The notes under the pieces are model-generated. The model saw only the letters and a list, made by a program, of their open reading frames with translations, had not been told where the DNA came from and searched no databases. Positions 44,319-55,478 of a stretch of DNA of 64,000 nt are shown here, in pieces. This DNA is from an uncultured bacterium. GTDB taxonomy: Bacteria > Verrucomicrobiota > Verrucomicrobiia > Limisphaerales > UBA8199. Position 1 is the stretch's first letter, and each line of letters starts with the position of its first letter. The position numbers and the translations under genes were made by a program. The stretch covers positions 352,001 to 416,000 of the forward strand of contig CAVVMW010000006.1 in the NCBI GenBank assembly GCA_963749495.1, given 5' to 3'.

Positions 44319-45937
44319 TTGCCGGTTTGGGCGTCCCGCTGATCGGTCCCATTAAGGGCGCGCAGCGCCCTGTTCGCCGCGTGTCGAGCGGCCACGGAAA
44401 ACGTGCGCACGCGCTCGATGCTTGGAACGGCTGCTTTCGCCGCGGGTCCCATTTCCTCCATCGCCTCCAGTGCGTGGACCAGTTCCCTATCGGTTCCTTG
44501 TCGGTCCGCGTAGTAGGTGGAGGGGCGCTGGCGCAAGCCGCGGGCTGAGTATTCGGGCGCCTCGGTGGAATCGAGCACAGCGACGAGGGTCGGCAGGCTC
44601 CTCTTTGGGTCGCGGCTGATTCGCCAGATGGCCTGGGCCGCCGCGATGCGCATCCACGAACTCCGGTCCTGGAGCCGCCGCTCCAGCGCGGGCAGTGCTT
44701 CCACCGCGGTCCTGCCCAGCTCACCGCACAAAATGGCGGCGGCTTCAGTTCCACCGAGCATCATGCCGGGCGTCGCCTCCTGGCGGGCCCCCCACATCAG
44801 TCCAGCTTTCCCCATGCCATGCGATTCGCTTTCCAGGCCCGCCAGCAGAATCGGAATGGCTTCTTGAACCGGTCCTCCAACCCTCACCTGCGCCGCCGCG
44901 GCAACCAGGCGGAGGTTTAGATCGCTGTTCGTGAGCAGCGGCGTGATTGCGGGCAACGCGGGTTTTGCCTCCGGGCCGATGGCCTGCAAGGCGCGAAGTA
45001 TGTCGACCACGAGGGCCGCCTGCCCGCCCGCCGCGACCCGGTCTCCAGTCGGCTTGCCCAACACCAGCCGTTCTGCGCTCTCCTCTCGCAGGCGGGCTGC
45101 CAGGGCAGGGACCGCTTCCGAGGCCACCGGCCCCAGACGCTGGAAAGCCAGGAGCACGTCATGTAGATTTCCCCCGGCCTCGAACAACTTGACGATCTCG
45201 GGTATTGCCGGACGGGCAGCCTCCCCGCAAAATCCCAGGGCCTCCACTACGGGCTCCAGCACCGCCGGCTGCACGGGTCGGGACCGCAAGCTCGTCACCT
45301 CGGCAAGCAGATAAGGAACAGCGGCGGGGACGGGCACCCGGGGCATTTGCAGATACAGGGCCAAGTCCCGGCGAGCGAAATGGTTCGTCTGTTCCCACTC
45401 GGCACGCCAAAGCTCGAAAGTCTCCGGGGCTTGCGGCGCAACATTCAATGCGGCCACCAGGGCAACCCCCCGGACCATCAGATTCGTCTCGATCCGCGCG
45501 AGAGCCAGGATGTCCGGCAGGGCCGCCCCGGCTTCTCGGCCCAGGAACTCAAGCCCCATCAGGGCCGTGCGCCGCACCTGCCAGTCGGGCAGGGGCTGCC
45601 GGCCCTGCAAGATCCACGGAAGACGATTCCACCGATCCAGCCTCGACTGGAAATCTCGCGGCGATTCCGGCTGCTGGCGAAGCAAACCCACCAAGTGGGG
45701 GACGACGTTTGTGCCGAGCTTCGCCACCAGATCACGACGCATTTGGGAATTGAAATCAGGATTGCGCGCAATCCACTCCCGGAACGGCAGGCCATCTACC
45801 TTGAACCCCTCCGTCCGAGTAGAAAACCAGACCCACACGATCGCCCCTGCCGCGACCGCGACGAACAGGCCCGCCCAAAGCACCCGCAGCCATGCCAACT
45901 GCCGTTTCCTTCCGGATTCCTGGTCCATTCCGGGCAT
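44315..45937 (-). CDS. HEAT-repeat membrane protein
   Basis: LGTNVVPHL and repeated (I/L)GPxAxxA(L/V)P units. Confidence 0.8.
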   Translation of the reverse strand: MPGMDQESGRKRQLAWLRVLWAGLFVAVAAGAIVWVWFSTRTEGFKVDGLPFREWIARNPDFNSQMRRDLVAKLGTNVVPHLVGLLRQQPESPRDFQSRLDRWNRLPWILQGRQPLPDWQVRRTALMGLEFLGREAGAALPDILALARIETNLMVRGVALVAALNVAPQAPETFELWRAEWEQTNHFARRDLALYLQMPRVPVPAAVPYLLAEVTSLRSRPVQPAVLEPVVEALGFCGEAARPAIPEIVKLFEAGGNLHDVLLAFQRLGPVASEAVPALAARLREESAERLVLGKPTGDRVAAGGQAALVVDILRALQAIGPEAKPALPAITPLLTNSDLNLRLVAAAAQVRVGGPVQEAIPILLAGLESESHGMGKAGLMWGARQEATPGMMLGGTEAAAILCGELGRTAVEALPALERRLQDRSSWMRIAAAQAIWRISRDPKRSLPTLVAVLDSTEAPEYSARGLRQRPSTYYADRQGTDRELVHALEAMEEMGPAAKAAVPSIERVRTFSVAARHAANRALRALNGTDQRDAQTGK

Positions 45938-46295
45938 GGCATATCAAACACCCATCGGTTCGGCAAGTTCCATGCACAGGCTCCCGGCGCTGTTGGAGGG
46001 ATACCAGGGCCCACAACAGGCGCATCCCGCCTTTGTCGGTCTTCGACAAGCCGGACAACTGGAGCGTGCCATCGGGAGGTCCGCAAGGTTTTGGACTGCG
46101 CCAGTCCTCTGGCGCTTTCGCGTCCCCAGGGTCCGAAAAGCGGCAGAGGACTGCCGCAGTCCAAAACGCTTCGCGAATTCGGACATGCACTCCAATCGAC
46201 CTTCGACCAGGAATGACGCGATGCGAAGGCAAGACGGATCATTCGATTCTGCGGTATTGATTGGGGCGCCCAAGCAAGGCAGAATGGCCTGGCGT

Positions 46296-47234
46296 ATGAA
46301 CACGCCATTCAATTATCGCACCTCCCGCCGCGAATTTCTCAGGGCCTCCGTCCTGGCTGGCGGGGCGCTGGCGACGCTGGCGCCTTTTGGTTTTTCGGCC
46401 GCGCCGGCCCCAGAGGCAGCTTCCGCGTCCCCAACGCGCAAACTCAAGAAGGGCATCATGTGGGGCACAGTGGGTCTGCCGGGCACGGTGCTGGAGAAGA
46501 TGAGGGCGATCAAGGAGGCGGGCTTCGAGGGCACGGAAATGAACAGCCACATGGACCAGGAGGAGGTGCTGCGGGCGCGCGACCAGACCGGGTTGGTCAT
46601 CCCGAGCGTTTGCGGCATCCGCCACTGGAACAAGCCGCTTTCGGACCCCGACCCGAAGGTGCGGGCGGAGGGCCTGGAGGCGCTCCAACAAACGTTGCGC
46701 GACGCCAAGCGCTACGGGGCCTCCTCGGTGCTGCTCGTGCCGGCAGTGGTGACCAAGCAAGTCAGCTACACCGATGCCTGGACGCGGTCGCGGGCCGAAA
46801 TCAGCAAGGCCATTCCGCTGGCATCCGAGCTGGGGGTGAAGATCGCCATCGAAAACGTCGGCAACCAATTTCTGCTCAGCCCGCTGGAAGCGGCGCGTTA
46901 CGTGGATGAATTCAAAAGCCCGTTCGTGGGCTGGCATTTCGACGTGGGCAACTGTCTCGGTCTCGGCGGCTGGCCGGAGCAGTGGATTCGAATTCTGGGC
47001 AACCGCATCCAGAAGCTCCACATCAAGGAATTCAGCCGCAAGCGGCGCAATGAATCGCAGCCCAAAGGGCCGCCCGTGGCACTGTTGGAAGGCGACAACG
47101 ATTGGCCGGCGGTGATGAGAGCGGTGGATGAGATTGGCTACACCGGCTGGGCGATTACCGAGCAGCCCGGAGGAGACACCCGCGACGGATTGAGAGACCT
47201 GGCGCAGCGGCTGGGAAGGATACTGGCCTGTTAG
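46296..47234 (+). CDS. Tat-exported sugar phosphate isomerase/epimerase (TIM barrel)
   Basis: SRREFL Tat motif, IAIENV, HFDVGN, LHIKEF. Confidence 0.88.
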   Translation: MNTPFNYRTSRREFLRASVLAGGALATLAPFGFSAAPAPEAASASPTRKLKKGIMWGTVGLPGTVLEKMRAIKEAGFEGTEMNSHMDQEEVLRARDQTGLVIPSVCGIRHWNKPLSDPDPKVRAEGLEALQQTLRDAKRYGASSVLLVPAVVTKQVSYTDAWTRSRAEISKAIPLASELGVKIAIENVGNQFLLSPLEAARYVDEFKSPFVGWHFDVGNCLGLGGWPEQWIRILGNRIQKLHIKEFSRKRRNESQPKGPPVALLEGDNDWPAVMRAVDEIGYTGWAITEQPGGDTRDGLRDLAQRLGRILAC

Positions 47235-47244
47235 ACGCGATACG

Positions 47245-48265
47245 ATGAAGACGTTGAGCAAACGCGAGGTGGTTCGATCGGTGGTCGAGGGCAAGCGGCC
47301 GCCCTACGTGCCATGGCACTTCCAGTTCACCAAGGAACCCTGGGAAATGCTCCTGGCCCATTTCGGCGGCGAGGAGGCGGCCGAACGCGCCCTGGACAAT
47401 CACATCCTCGAACTCGGCTCGGCCATCGGCTTTTTCGACGACCTCGGACGCGACCGCGCGCGCGACGTGTTCGGCGTCGTGTGGGACCGCACCGTGGACA
47501 AGGACATTGGGATCGTCGAAGGCTGCGTGCTGCCGGAGCCTTCGCTCGCCGGCTACCGCTTCCCCAATCCGCTGGACCCGCGCTTCTTTGCCGACATCCC
47601 GGCCAAGCTCGCCCTCTACCCGGATCGGTTCCGCGTCTTTTATCTCGGGTTCTCCCTCTTCGAGCGCGCCTGGACCTTGCGGGGCATGGAGAATCTGCTG
47701 CTCGACTTCATCGAGCATCCCGGCTTCGTCCGCGAACTGTTCGCGGCCATCACCGACTACAACCTCGCTCAGGTCCGGGCCGCGCTGCGCTACGACATCG
47801 ATGCCGTCTATTTCGGCGACGACTGGGGCCAGCAACACGGCTTGATCATGGGCAAACCGCACTGGGACCGGTTCATCAAGCCGCAGCTTGAGCGGCTCTA
47901 CCGCCTGGTGCGCGGCGCCGGCAAGCTCCAGATGATCCACTCCTGCGGCGACGTGGACGAGCTGTTCGACGACCTCATCGCGCTGGGCCTGAACTGTTTC
48001 AATCCCTTTCAGCCAGAGGTCATGGATACCGGGGCGCTGCTGCGGAAGTACCGCGGCCGGGCTCGCCTTTCATGGCGGCCTCTCGACGCAACTCACCTTG
48101 CCGCGCGGCACGGAAGAAGAAGTCCGGCAGGAATCCCGGCGCTTGCTCGCCCTGGGCGCCGAAGGCGGCTACATCTTCGCGCCGGCCTACGCCGTGGAGA
48201 GCGACGTGCCCGCGGCAAACATATTCGCCTTCATCGAGGAGGCGCAGGCGCAAAGAAAAGGGTAG
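47245..48265 (+). CDS. Uroporphyrinogen decarboxylase family protein, frameshift near 48061
   Basis: LFERAWTLRGMENLLLD, FGDDWG, HSCG, NPFQPE; C-terminal GGYIFAP in the shifted frame. Confidence 0.85.
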
Positions 48266-48439
48266 CCAGATTAGACGGTGGAAATAAATGAAGGTAGCAA
48301 CCTGCCTTGTTGTTTTGCCACGCAGCTTCGTTGTTCACTCGTTGCAGATCACTGGATATGCGCCTCGTTCACGCCTCGCTGGGCGCCAAAATCCCGGCGG
48401 CATCTTGCCAGCTTTATTTATTTCCACCGTCTTAGTGTC

Positions 48440-48628
48440 GGCCATTTACAACCAGGTCCGGAGGTTGGCGCGGATCTGCCCGGCGACGCCGTCGGCTGGG
48501 TGGACATCCCGGAAGGTATCCAGGCCATCCGCCGTTCCAACGGCGAATACCTGGTCCTGGTGGAGGAGGATTGGAAATCCAAGATCCTCATGTATCAGTG
48601 GAAACCGGAGGCCTCCTCAGCCAGGTAG
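48440..48628 (+). pseudogene. Orphan 3' gene fragment
   Basis: PGPEVG..GWVDIPEGIQAIRRSNGEYLVLVEEDWKSKILMYQW has coding-like codon use but no plausible N-terminus. Confidence 0.5.
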
Positions 48629-49026
48629 CCGCCGAGCTGCTAAACTCGCCGGAGAACCGGACATTTAGCAACTTCCCCCCTTCATTTTCGCCTTCAACTG
48701 GCGATTTGCGGAAGAACCTGCCCCCTCAACCAGGCTGGCGCGATTTTGCTCTTTCAATGCCACCAGGGTTTCTGTAGAGGTCTTTTTGGCATGGAAACTG
48801 AGCCTGCCACACCGACCTGCGCTCCGCCAGGTGTGCCGCCTCCTGGGCACGATCGCGCAGTGGTCACGTTGCTCTCTTCGGATGTGACGGAGTCCACTGC
48901 ACTCAAGCAGGCCCTGGGTGACCGTGCTGGAGTAGCCCCGCTCCAACAGCACCACGGGGACGTGCGCCGAGTGCTGCGGGACCTCGCAGGCGGAGAGGCG
49001 GCGGAGCGAAAGGAGGCTGGAGTGCA

Positions 49027-52000
49027 ATGAACCCGTCCCTCGAAGAAGCCCTTCTTGCCCTGGCGTTAATGAAACCGGCGGCGGAACGCGCAGCGTTTCT
49101 TGAACGTGAGTGCGGCGGCGATGCTGGTTTGCGGCGGCGCATCGAAGAGCTGCTGGCGGCCCACGACAGCCCGGATTCATTCCTCGAACCGCAGGCGGCG
49201 GCGCCAGCCACCGAGACCGCGCTTGTGCCGCCAGAGGAAGGCCCCGGCACCCAGATCGGCCGCTACAAGATCCTCGAAAAGATCGGGGAAGGCGGGTTTG
49301 GGGTCGTCTATGTGGCCGAACAGCGGGAGCCGGTCAAGCGGCGGGTGGCCCTCAAGATCATCAAGCTGGGGATGGACACCCGGCAGGTGGTGGCGCGGTT
49401 CGAGGCGGAGCGCCAGGCGCTGGCGCTGATGGATCATCCGAACATCGCCAAGGTGCTCGATGCGGGGGCGACGGAGAGCCCTCACCCGGCCTCCGGCCAC
49501 CCTCTCCCATCCGATGGGAGAGGGGCTGGGGGTGAGGGCGGCCTTCAGTACCTCCCCGCCGGCCGCCCCTATTTCGTGATGGAGTTGGTGAAAGGGATTC
49601 CGATTACCAAGTACCTGCGACCAGGAAAAGCTGGGGACGCGGGAGCGGCTGGATTTGTTCATCCAGGTCTGTCACGCGATTCAGCACGCGCACCAGAAGG
49701 GGATCATCCATCGAGACATTAAGCCCTCGAACATCCTGGTGACGCTGCATGATGGGGTGCCGGTGCCGAAGGTGATTGACTTCGGCATCGCGAAGGCCAC
49801 GCAGCAGGAGCTGACGGAGAAGACCGTCTATACGCAGTTCCAGCAGTTCATCGGGACGCCAGCCTACATGAGCCCGGAGCAGGCTGAGATGAGCGGGCTG
49901 GACATTGATACGCGCAGTGACATTTACAGCCTGGGGGTGCTGCTTTACGAGCTGCTGACCGGGAGCACGCCGTTCGACACGAAAGAGCTGCTCGAGTCAG
50001 GGCTGGATGGAATGCGCAAGATCATCCGGGAACGCCAACCGGTGCGCCCTTCGACTCGGCTGCGTCAAACCGCTCTCGCGTCGTCGTGGTCTCCCCTCGC
50101 CCCTCGCCCCTCGCTCCTTCCCGCTGACCTCGACTGGATCGTGATGAAGTGCCTGGAGAAGGACCGGAGGCGGCGGTATGAGACGGCCAACGGCGTGGCG
50201 CTGGACATTGAGCGGCACCTCAAGCACGAGCCCGTGGTGGCCCGACCACCGAGCGCGGCCTACCGCGTCCAGAAGTTTGTCCGGCGCAATCGGCTGGCGG
50301 TAGCGGCAGGGAGTGCGGTGTTGGCCGCGCTCGTTGTTGGGTTGGGCCTGTCAACATGGCTGTTCTTCAGGGAACAGCACGCTCGGCGGCGCGCGGTGAC
50401 CGCCGAGCAGATGCAAAGCCAGTCGGCCCAGGAGGCCCAAGAGAACGCGACGAAAGCCCAATCCGAACGTGAGCAAGCGGAACTCAACGCCTATGCGGCA
50501 GATATGAACTTGGCACAGCAAGCCTTGCTGGCCGACGACCTGGGCAAAGCGCGATCGCTGCTCGACCGTTACCGACCCGGCTTGGGTCTGGAACGCTTGC
50601 GCGGTTTCGAGTGGCGATACCTTGCGGCACAGGCGGCGAGCGACTACGCCCTCAGTGATACGTCTTCCCCGCAAAGTGTTTTTTCTCTAGCCTTGTCTCC
50701 GGACGGACAGGTGCTGGCCGTCGGTCGGCAGAGGAGCGTCGAGTTGTGGGACCCGGCTTCGTTGAAGCGCATTGCCACGCTGGAGACAAACGTCATCAGT
50801 GCGTCTGGTTCGCTTGCGGTTGCGTTTTCGCTCACCGGCAGACTCCTTGCTGCGTCCGCGCCGCGTGTTGGCATCCGGCTTTGGCAACTCGAACCGCCGC
50901 GAATTGTCGGAGAGTTAGTTCATACCAACGGGGCAACATCCTTAAGCTTTTCGCCTGATGGCAAACACTTAGCCTCGATGGCGTTGGTGCACTGGAGCGC
51001 CCCCGTTGAATTGCGGTTGTGGGATCTGGAGAACCGCCGGACTGTGAGCCCTGACCGTCATTTTCCCCCCTCGGGTGAATATTCCAGAGTCTGTTTTTCT
51101 CCGGACGGACGCCACTTGGCCGTCGGCGGCGGTTCTGGCCGAATCACGATCCTGGATTGGGCTGCCGACCGCGTCCTGGTGGAGATCCAAGCCCACACTC
51201 AAGCGATCACGAGTCTGGCCTATTCGCCAGATGGCAAGCTGCTGGCCTCCGGAAGTTTCTTCTCAGCCGATGATATTCGGCTTTGGAATCCAGCCACCGG
51301 CGAACCCGCCGGCTCACTAGCGGGGGGCCACCACGGTTGGATTCCCGTCCTCCAGTTCTCCGCTGACGGCCAGCGGCTGTTTTCGGGCAGCGCTGATCAG
51401 ACGATCGGCATCTGGGATGTGCCGACACGCCGTTTGACGCGGAGACTCCGCGGTCACTTGGATGAGATTTACAGCCTTGTTTTTGATGCGGGCCGGACCA
51501 ACGTGATCACCGGGTGCAAAGACGGAACGCTGGCGCGCTGGGACATTGACCGGGTGCGGCAGCACGTGCTCCGGTTGGACCTCCCCGGAAACAACTGGTC
51601 GCCGGTTTTCGCTGGGAGTGGATCGTCCGTTGCGATGCTCCATGGGCAGGGTGCCGTGGCTCTCTGGCACACCAATGACCCCCAAAGGCTCTCGGTGATT
51701 GCCGCCCTTGGCACCGATAACACCGCGCTGGCCACAGCCTTGGGCCGCAGGCTTCTGGCTTGCGCAAACCCTACGGGCTCAATCCGGATCTGGTCACTGC
51801 AATCGTCCAGCCTGGTCACCAACCTCGTGGGCCACGGGGTGGGGGTCGACGGCCTGTGGTTCTCCAGGGGGGAGGACTTCCTGCTGGCGTGGAGTTCGTC
51901 ATGGATTTCGTCAGGCCGCCTGGCTACGATTTGGGATGCAAACACCTGGAGTAGGCGCTTTTCCATTACGGAGACCAACGGCCCCGGCGCCGGCTGCGCC

Positions 52001-52483
52001 GCCTTATCGCCCGACGGGCGTCTGCTTGTCCGGGGGTTGGAGGACGGCCGGGTCGAGTGGTGGGATGCCGTCCGTGGCCATCGACTGGAGCAAATCCCCT
52101 GTCACCGCCAAGGTGTGCGTGGGCTGGACTTCTCTCCGGACGGGAGCACCTTGGCCTCCGCCAGCCAGGACGGCACGGTTGCGCTTTGGGACGTCAGGAC
52201 CCGCCGTTGCACGGCCCACTGGAAGGCCGGTTTGCTGGGCATTCATGGTGTGGCCTTCTCGCCCGACGGCGCCCGGCTGGCGACGGTGCTCGGCGGCGGA
52301 AACGGGGCGCGGCTGTGGGATTTGAGGACTCGGCGGGAGTTGCTCACGGTGGAAGCGCCGCGCGGCGAGTTTTCAGTAGCGAAATTCTCGCCGGACGGTG
52401 GCGCGTTGCTATGCGGATCAGGTGGCGGCCACTGCTACCTGTGGCCGGTGCCTTCCTTTGCCGAACTTGACGCCGCACATTGA
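49027..52483 (+). CDS. Ser/Thr protein kinase with TM segment and WD40 repeats, frameshift near 49617
   Basis: IGEGGFGVV, VALKIIK, HRDIKPSN, DFG, GTPAYMSPEQ; many FSPDG WD40 units. Confidence 0.92.
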
Positions 52484-52509
52484 AGGCAGAGTGGCGGTAA
52501 TCCCGGACG

Positions 52510-52686
52510 AAAGTAACGGGCCGCGCCTGCTCGCTCAGGGCGGATGAGGTAGGGTCTTCGACCGCGTGGCGTTTTCCCCCGTAGCAACTGGCTGATAGCA
52601 CGGGGTGCCTTGCATAGCCACCTCCGCCTCTGGCGCGCGCCATCTTGGGAGGAGATCGCGGCGGCGAAGAAGGCCACGGAAGTAAA
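52510..52686 (+). pseudogene. Degenerate C-terminal fragment of a paralogous kinase-WD40 gene
   Basis: With one indel reads FDRVAFSP.NWL...LRLWRAPSWEEIAAAKK, parallel to the upstream gene end AKFSPDG...YLWPVPSFAELDAAH. Confidence 0.55.
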
Positions 52687-53014
52687 TCGGGGTCACGGAA
52701 GTAAATCGGGGTCACGAAGTAAATCGGGGTCAGTCACGAAGTAAATCGGTAAATCGGGGTCACATCTATACTTTTTTACAATGTGACTCCGGGTCACGAA
52801 ATGCTCCCGATCAGCCCCGCACTTTCGCACTTTCCCGCTTTCTGATTCCAGGAAATCGTAAATCGGGGTCACATCTAAGGAAATCGTAAATCGGTAAATC
52901 GGTAAATCGGTAAATCGGGGTCACATCTATACTTTTTTACAATGTGACTCCGGGTCACGAAATGCTCCCGATCAGCCCCGCACTTTCGCATTTTCCCGCT
53001 TTCTGATTCCAGGA
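52676..53014 (-). repeat. Stutter array of TAAATCGG(GGTCAC) with a ~110-bp tandem duplication
   Basis: Ten TAAATCGG units; the 29-mer of the 15.3-kb array in reverse complement at 52755-52783 and 52916-52944. Confidence 0.92.
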
Positions 53015-53047
53015 GGCCAGCATGTGCGCCGACCGGACCGGTTGCGT

Positions 53048-53446
53048 TTCAAGCCGCAACTGCAGCGGCTCTACGGCCTGGTGCGCCGCGCCGGCAAGCT
53101 CCAGATGATCCACTCCTGCGGCGACGTGGACGAGCTGTTCGACGACCTCATCGCCCTCGGCCTGAACTGTTTCAAGCCCTTCCAGCCAGAGGTCATGGAT
53201 ACCGGGGCGCTGCTGCGGAAGTACCGCGGCCGGCTCGCTTTTCATGGTGGCCTCTCGACGCAACTGACCTTGCCGCGCGGCACGGAAGAGGAAGTCCGGC
53301 AGGAATCCCGGCGCTTGCTCGCCCTGGGCGCCGAAGGCGGCTACATCTTCGCGCCGGCCCACGCCGTGGAGAGCGACGTGCCCGCGGCAAACATATTCGC
53401 CTTTATCGAGGAGGCGCAGGCGCAAAGGCAGGCGCCGCCAAATTAG
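53048..53446 (+). pseudogene. Duplicated 3' end of the uroporphyrinogen decarboxylase family gene
   Basis: Near-identical to ~47877-48255. Confidence 0.9.
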
Positions 53447-53772
53447 GAGCGTCTCGGCCAGGAGGTCAGAATCATTGCGCGTGAGGCCGAACCCGGGTTT
53501 GCACACGACAGAATTCTTCAAACCCAGTGATTTGCAAGTATTTCGGGAGCCTTCGTATGTGAGGCCCATAGGTACACCGCTTGGTGCTCTCCCTGATGCC
53601 GGGCCTGGCGTTGGCACTCTGGCGTTCAGGCCGAAGGCCTGGTTCATACCAGCCCAGGGCAAGGCCCGCCGGAGCGCAGCGCAGGCGGGCCGCCGCCCTG
53701 GGTCCACCGCCCATTCTCTATTCTGTGGCAGGCCAAAGCGAAGGTTTCATACTGCACACTCATTAGGGCGAT

Positions 53773-55202
53773 CTAAGACTGGGCCTCGGTGGGTTTCAAA
53801 CGAACGCGCATTTTGATTTGTTCGACTACTTGCGGACCCGGCCGTTCATACATATATTCATTCCTTTCATTCAGCAGGACTCCCTGGAGCAAGCCTTGCT
53901 GGCGCCAATAGCCCACCAGGTTGGGCCTGGTGCCGATCAACGCCGCGATGGCGCGCGAATCCAAGAGCCCTCTGTCCTGCAACCGTTGGTGGCGGGTCTT
54001 GAAATGGTGGCAGCGGCACAAGCTTCCAACGAGTTTCGCCGAGAACGGGCGCTTGAGCGAAGAGCAACAGCCCCTCTGGTTAAGCTGCGCCGCCAGTTGT
54101 GCTTCGGTAAACTGATCCAGCAACTGGTCGATCTCGTGCAAGAGCCCCGGTTCGGTGAGGCGCGCTTGGCCACCCCTGAGGGGCAGTGGCAGGTTCAAGC
54201 ACCGGGTGGCGCCGCCCTTGAAACGGACTTGCACGCTCAGATCCTGGCCGCGCAGCAGGGTTACATCCTCCAGGAGCAATCGGGCCATGCGTTTGCGGTC
54301 CTTGTCGGTGGTGGTGGGTGACTGCCATAATTTGGGGAAGTCGCAGGCCAGGTTCAGCACTTGTGCCCGTTGCTCTTCGCTCAGCTTGTGCTGGTCAGTC
54401 TGGCGGTGCTTCTCGTATTCCTGTTGGGCCTGGGTCAAGGCGCGCAGTTTGTTGTTCCAATCCGCCTCCAAAGTGTTGGCCACCAGGCGGTTGTTGGGGT
54501 CCACGCGCATGTAGCGAAGCTGGGCCTGCTCCGCCTCATAACTGGCCCGCTGGACTTGTTGTTGGCGCAGACGATCCACGTCCTGCAGGCGGTTTTGGAG
54601 CTCCTGTTGCACGTTCAAAGCGACCTCCAGGGAAAGCGGCGCCACGCTTTCCAGAACCAGCTTGCTGAGCGCCTGGTCAATGGCAGGCCCAGGTATGTAC
54701 TGGCAGAGGGTTTTTCCGCTCTCAAGGCATTGGCGTTGGCAGAGGTAAGCGGGCACCGGCCGGCCCTGGCGCTGGTGGTAATTCACGGTCATGCGCCCCC
54801 CGCAACGGCCGCACAGGACCAGTCCTTGGAGCAGCGCGCAACCTTCTCGGGCGGGACTTTGCCTGCGGTCGGCTCCATAGGCCTGGGCATTGCTGCGGAT
54901 CCGTTGCACGTTTTGCTCGTACTGCTCCCAGGTAATGTAAGCCGGGTGGGCGTCTTTAATGAGCACTCGCCATTGGTCGGCCGGCAAGCGCCGGCGGCGG
55001 AAGCAGCGCTGTGGGCGGTGTCGCCGTCCACCACGATGATTTGGTCTTCACCCCAGCCCAGCGCCACGGCGCGTTGCCGCAGCGCATATTGACGGTGGGC
55101 GCTCTCGCCATGCTCGAGCACCCGCCGCAAAGTGGATTGGCGCACGTAAAGGTAAGCGGTTCGTTTCAGATGCTCGGGGGTGACTTTGGGTTCGGGGTTC
55201 AT
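53773..55202 (-). pseudogene. Large serine recombinase with an internal deletion near 54990
   Basis: N-terminal AYLYVRQST...ESAHRQY joined out of frame to HPAYITWE, LLQGLVLCGRCG (Zn ribbon) and VDPNNRLVA. Confidence 0.8.
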
Positions 55203-55478
55203 AAAGAAAGGCCCAGGCAACGCAGGGTCCTGTTGGCTAGAAGCACCGTGGCCTGGGGGGTGTTGTTGAGCGAGGGATTGGGGGTGGGGGCTGGCTGGGC
55301 CCGCTGGCCGGCAGGGCGCAGCGGATCCTGCCAGGCGCGCATCCAGCCACGCATACCCTGCTGGGCGAACACCACCCATGCCCAGGCTTGGGGGTGGAGC
55401 GTGGCCTGGGAGCCCAGGGTGTGCGCGCGCAAATCCTCGTAGCGTTGGGGCCATTGTGGCGAGGCCGAGGTCGGTCAT
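55199..55478 (-). CDS. Small hypothetical protein of the recombinase element
   Basis: LRAHTLG...VFAQQGMRGWMRAW; start uncertain. Confidence 0.4.

Noticed and set aside
48050..48070. Programmed frameshifting at the frame breaks
   Set aside because: No slippery heptamers, and the duplicate copy lacks the extra base, so sequencing error is more likely
15291..53014. One 37-kb transposon bounded by the inverted 29-mers
   Set aside because: The interior is housekeeping DNA (gdhA, purB, tsaBE, thiL) and each array has its own local context
47877..53446. Diversity-generating retroelement template/variable repeat pair
   Set aside because: Differences between the copies are not adenine-specific and no reverse transcriptase is in the window
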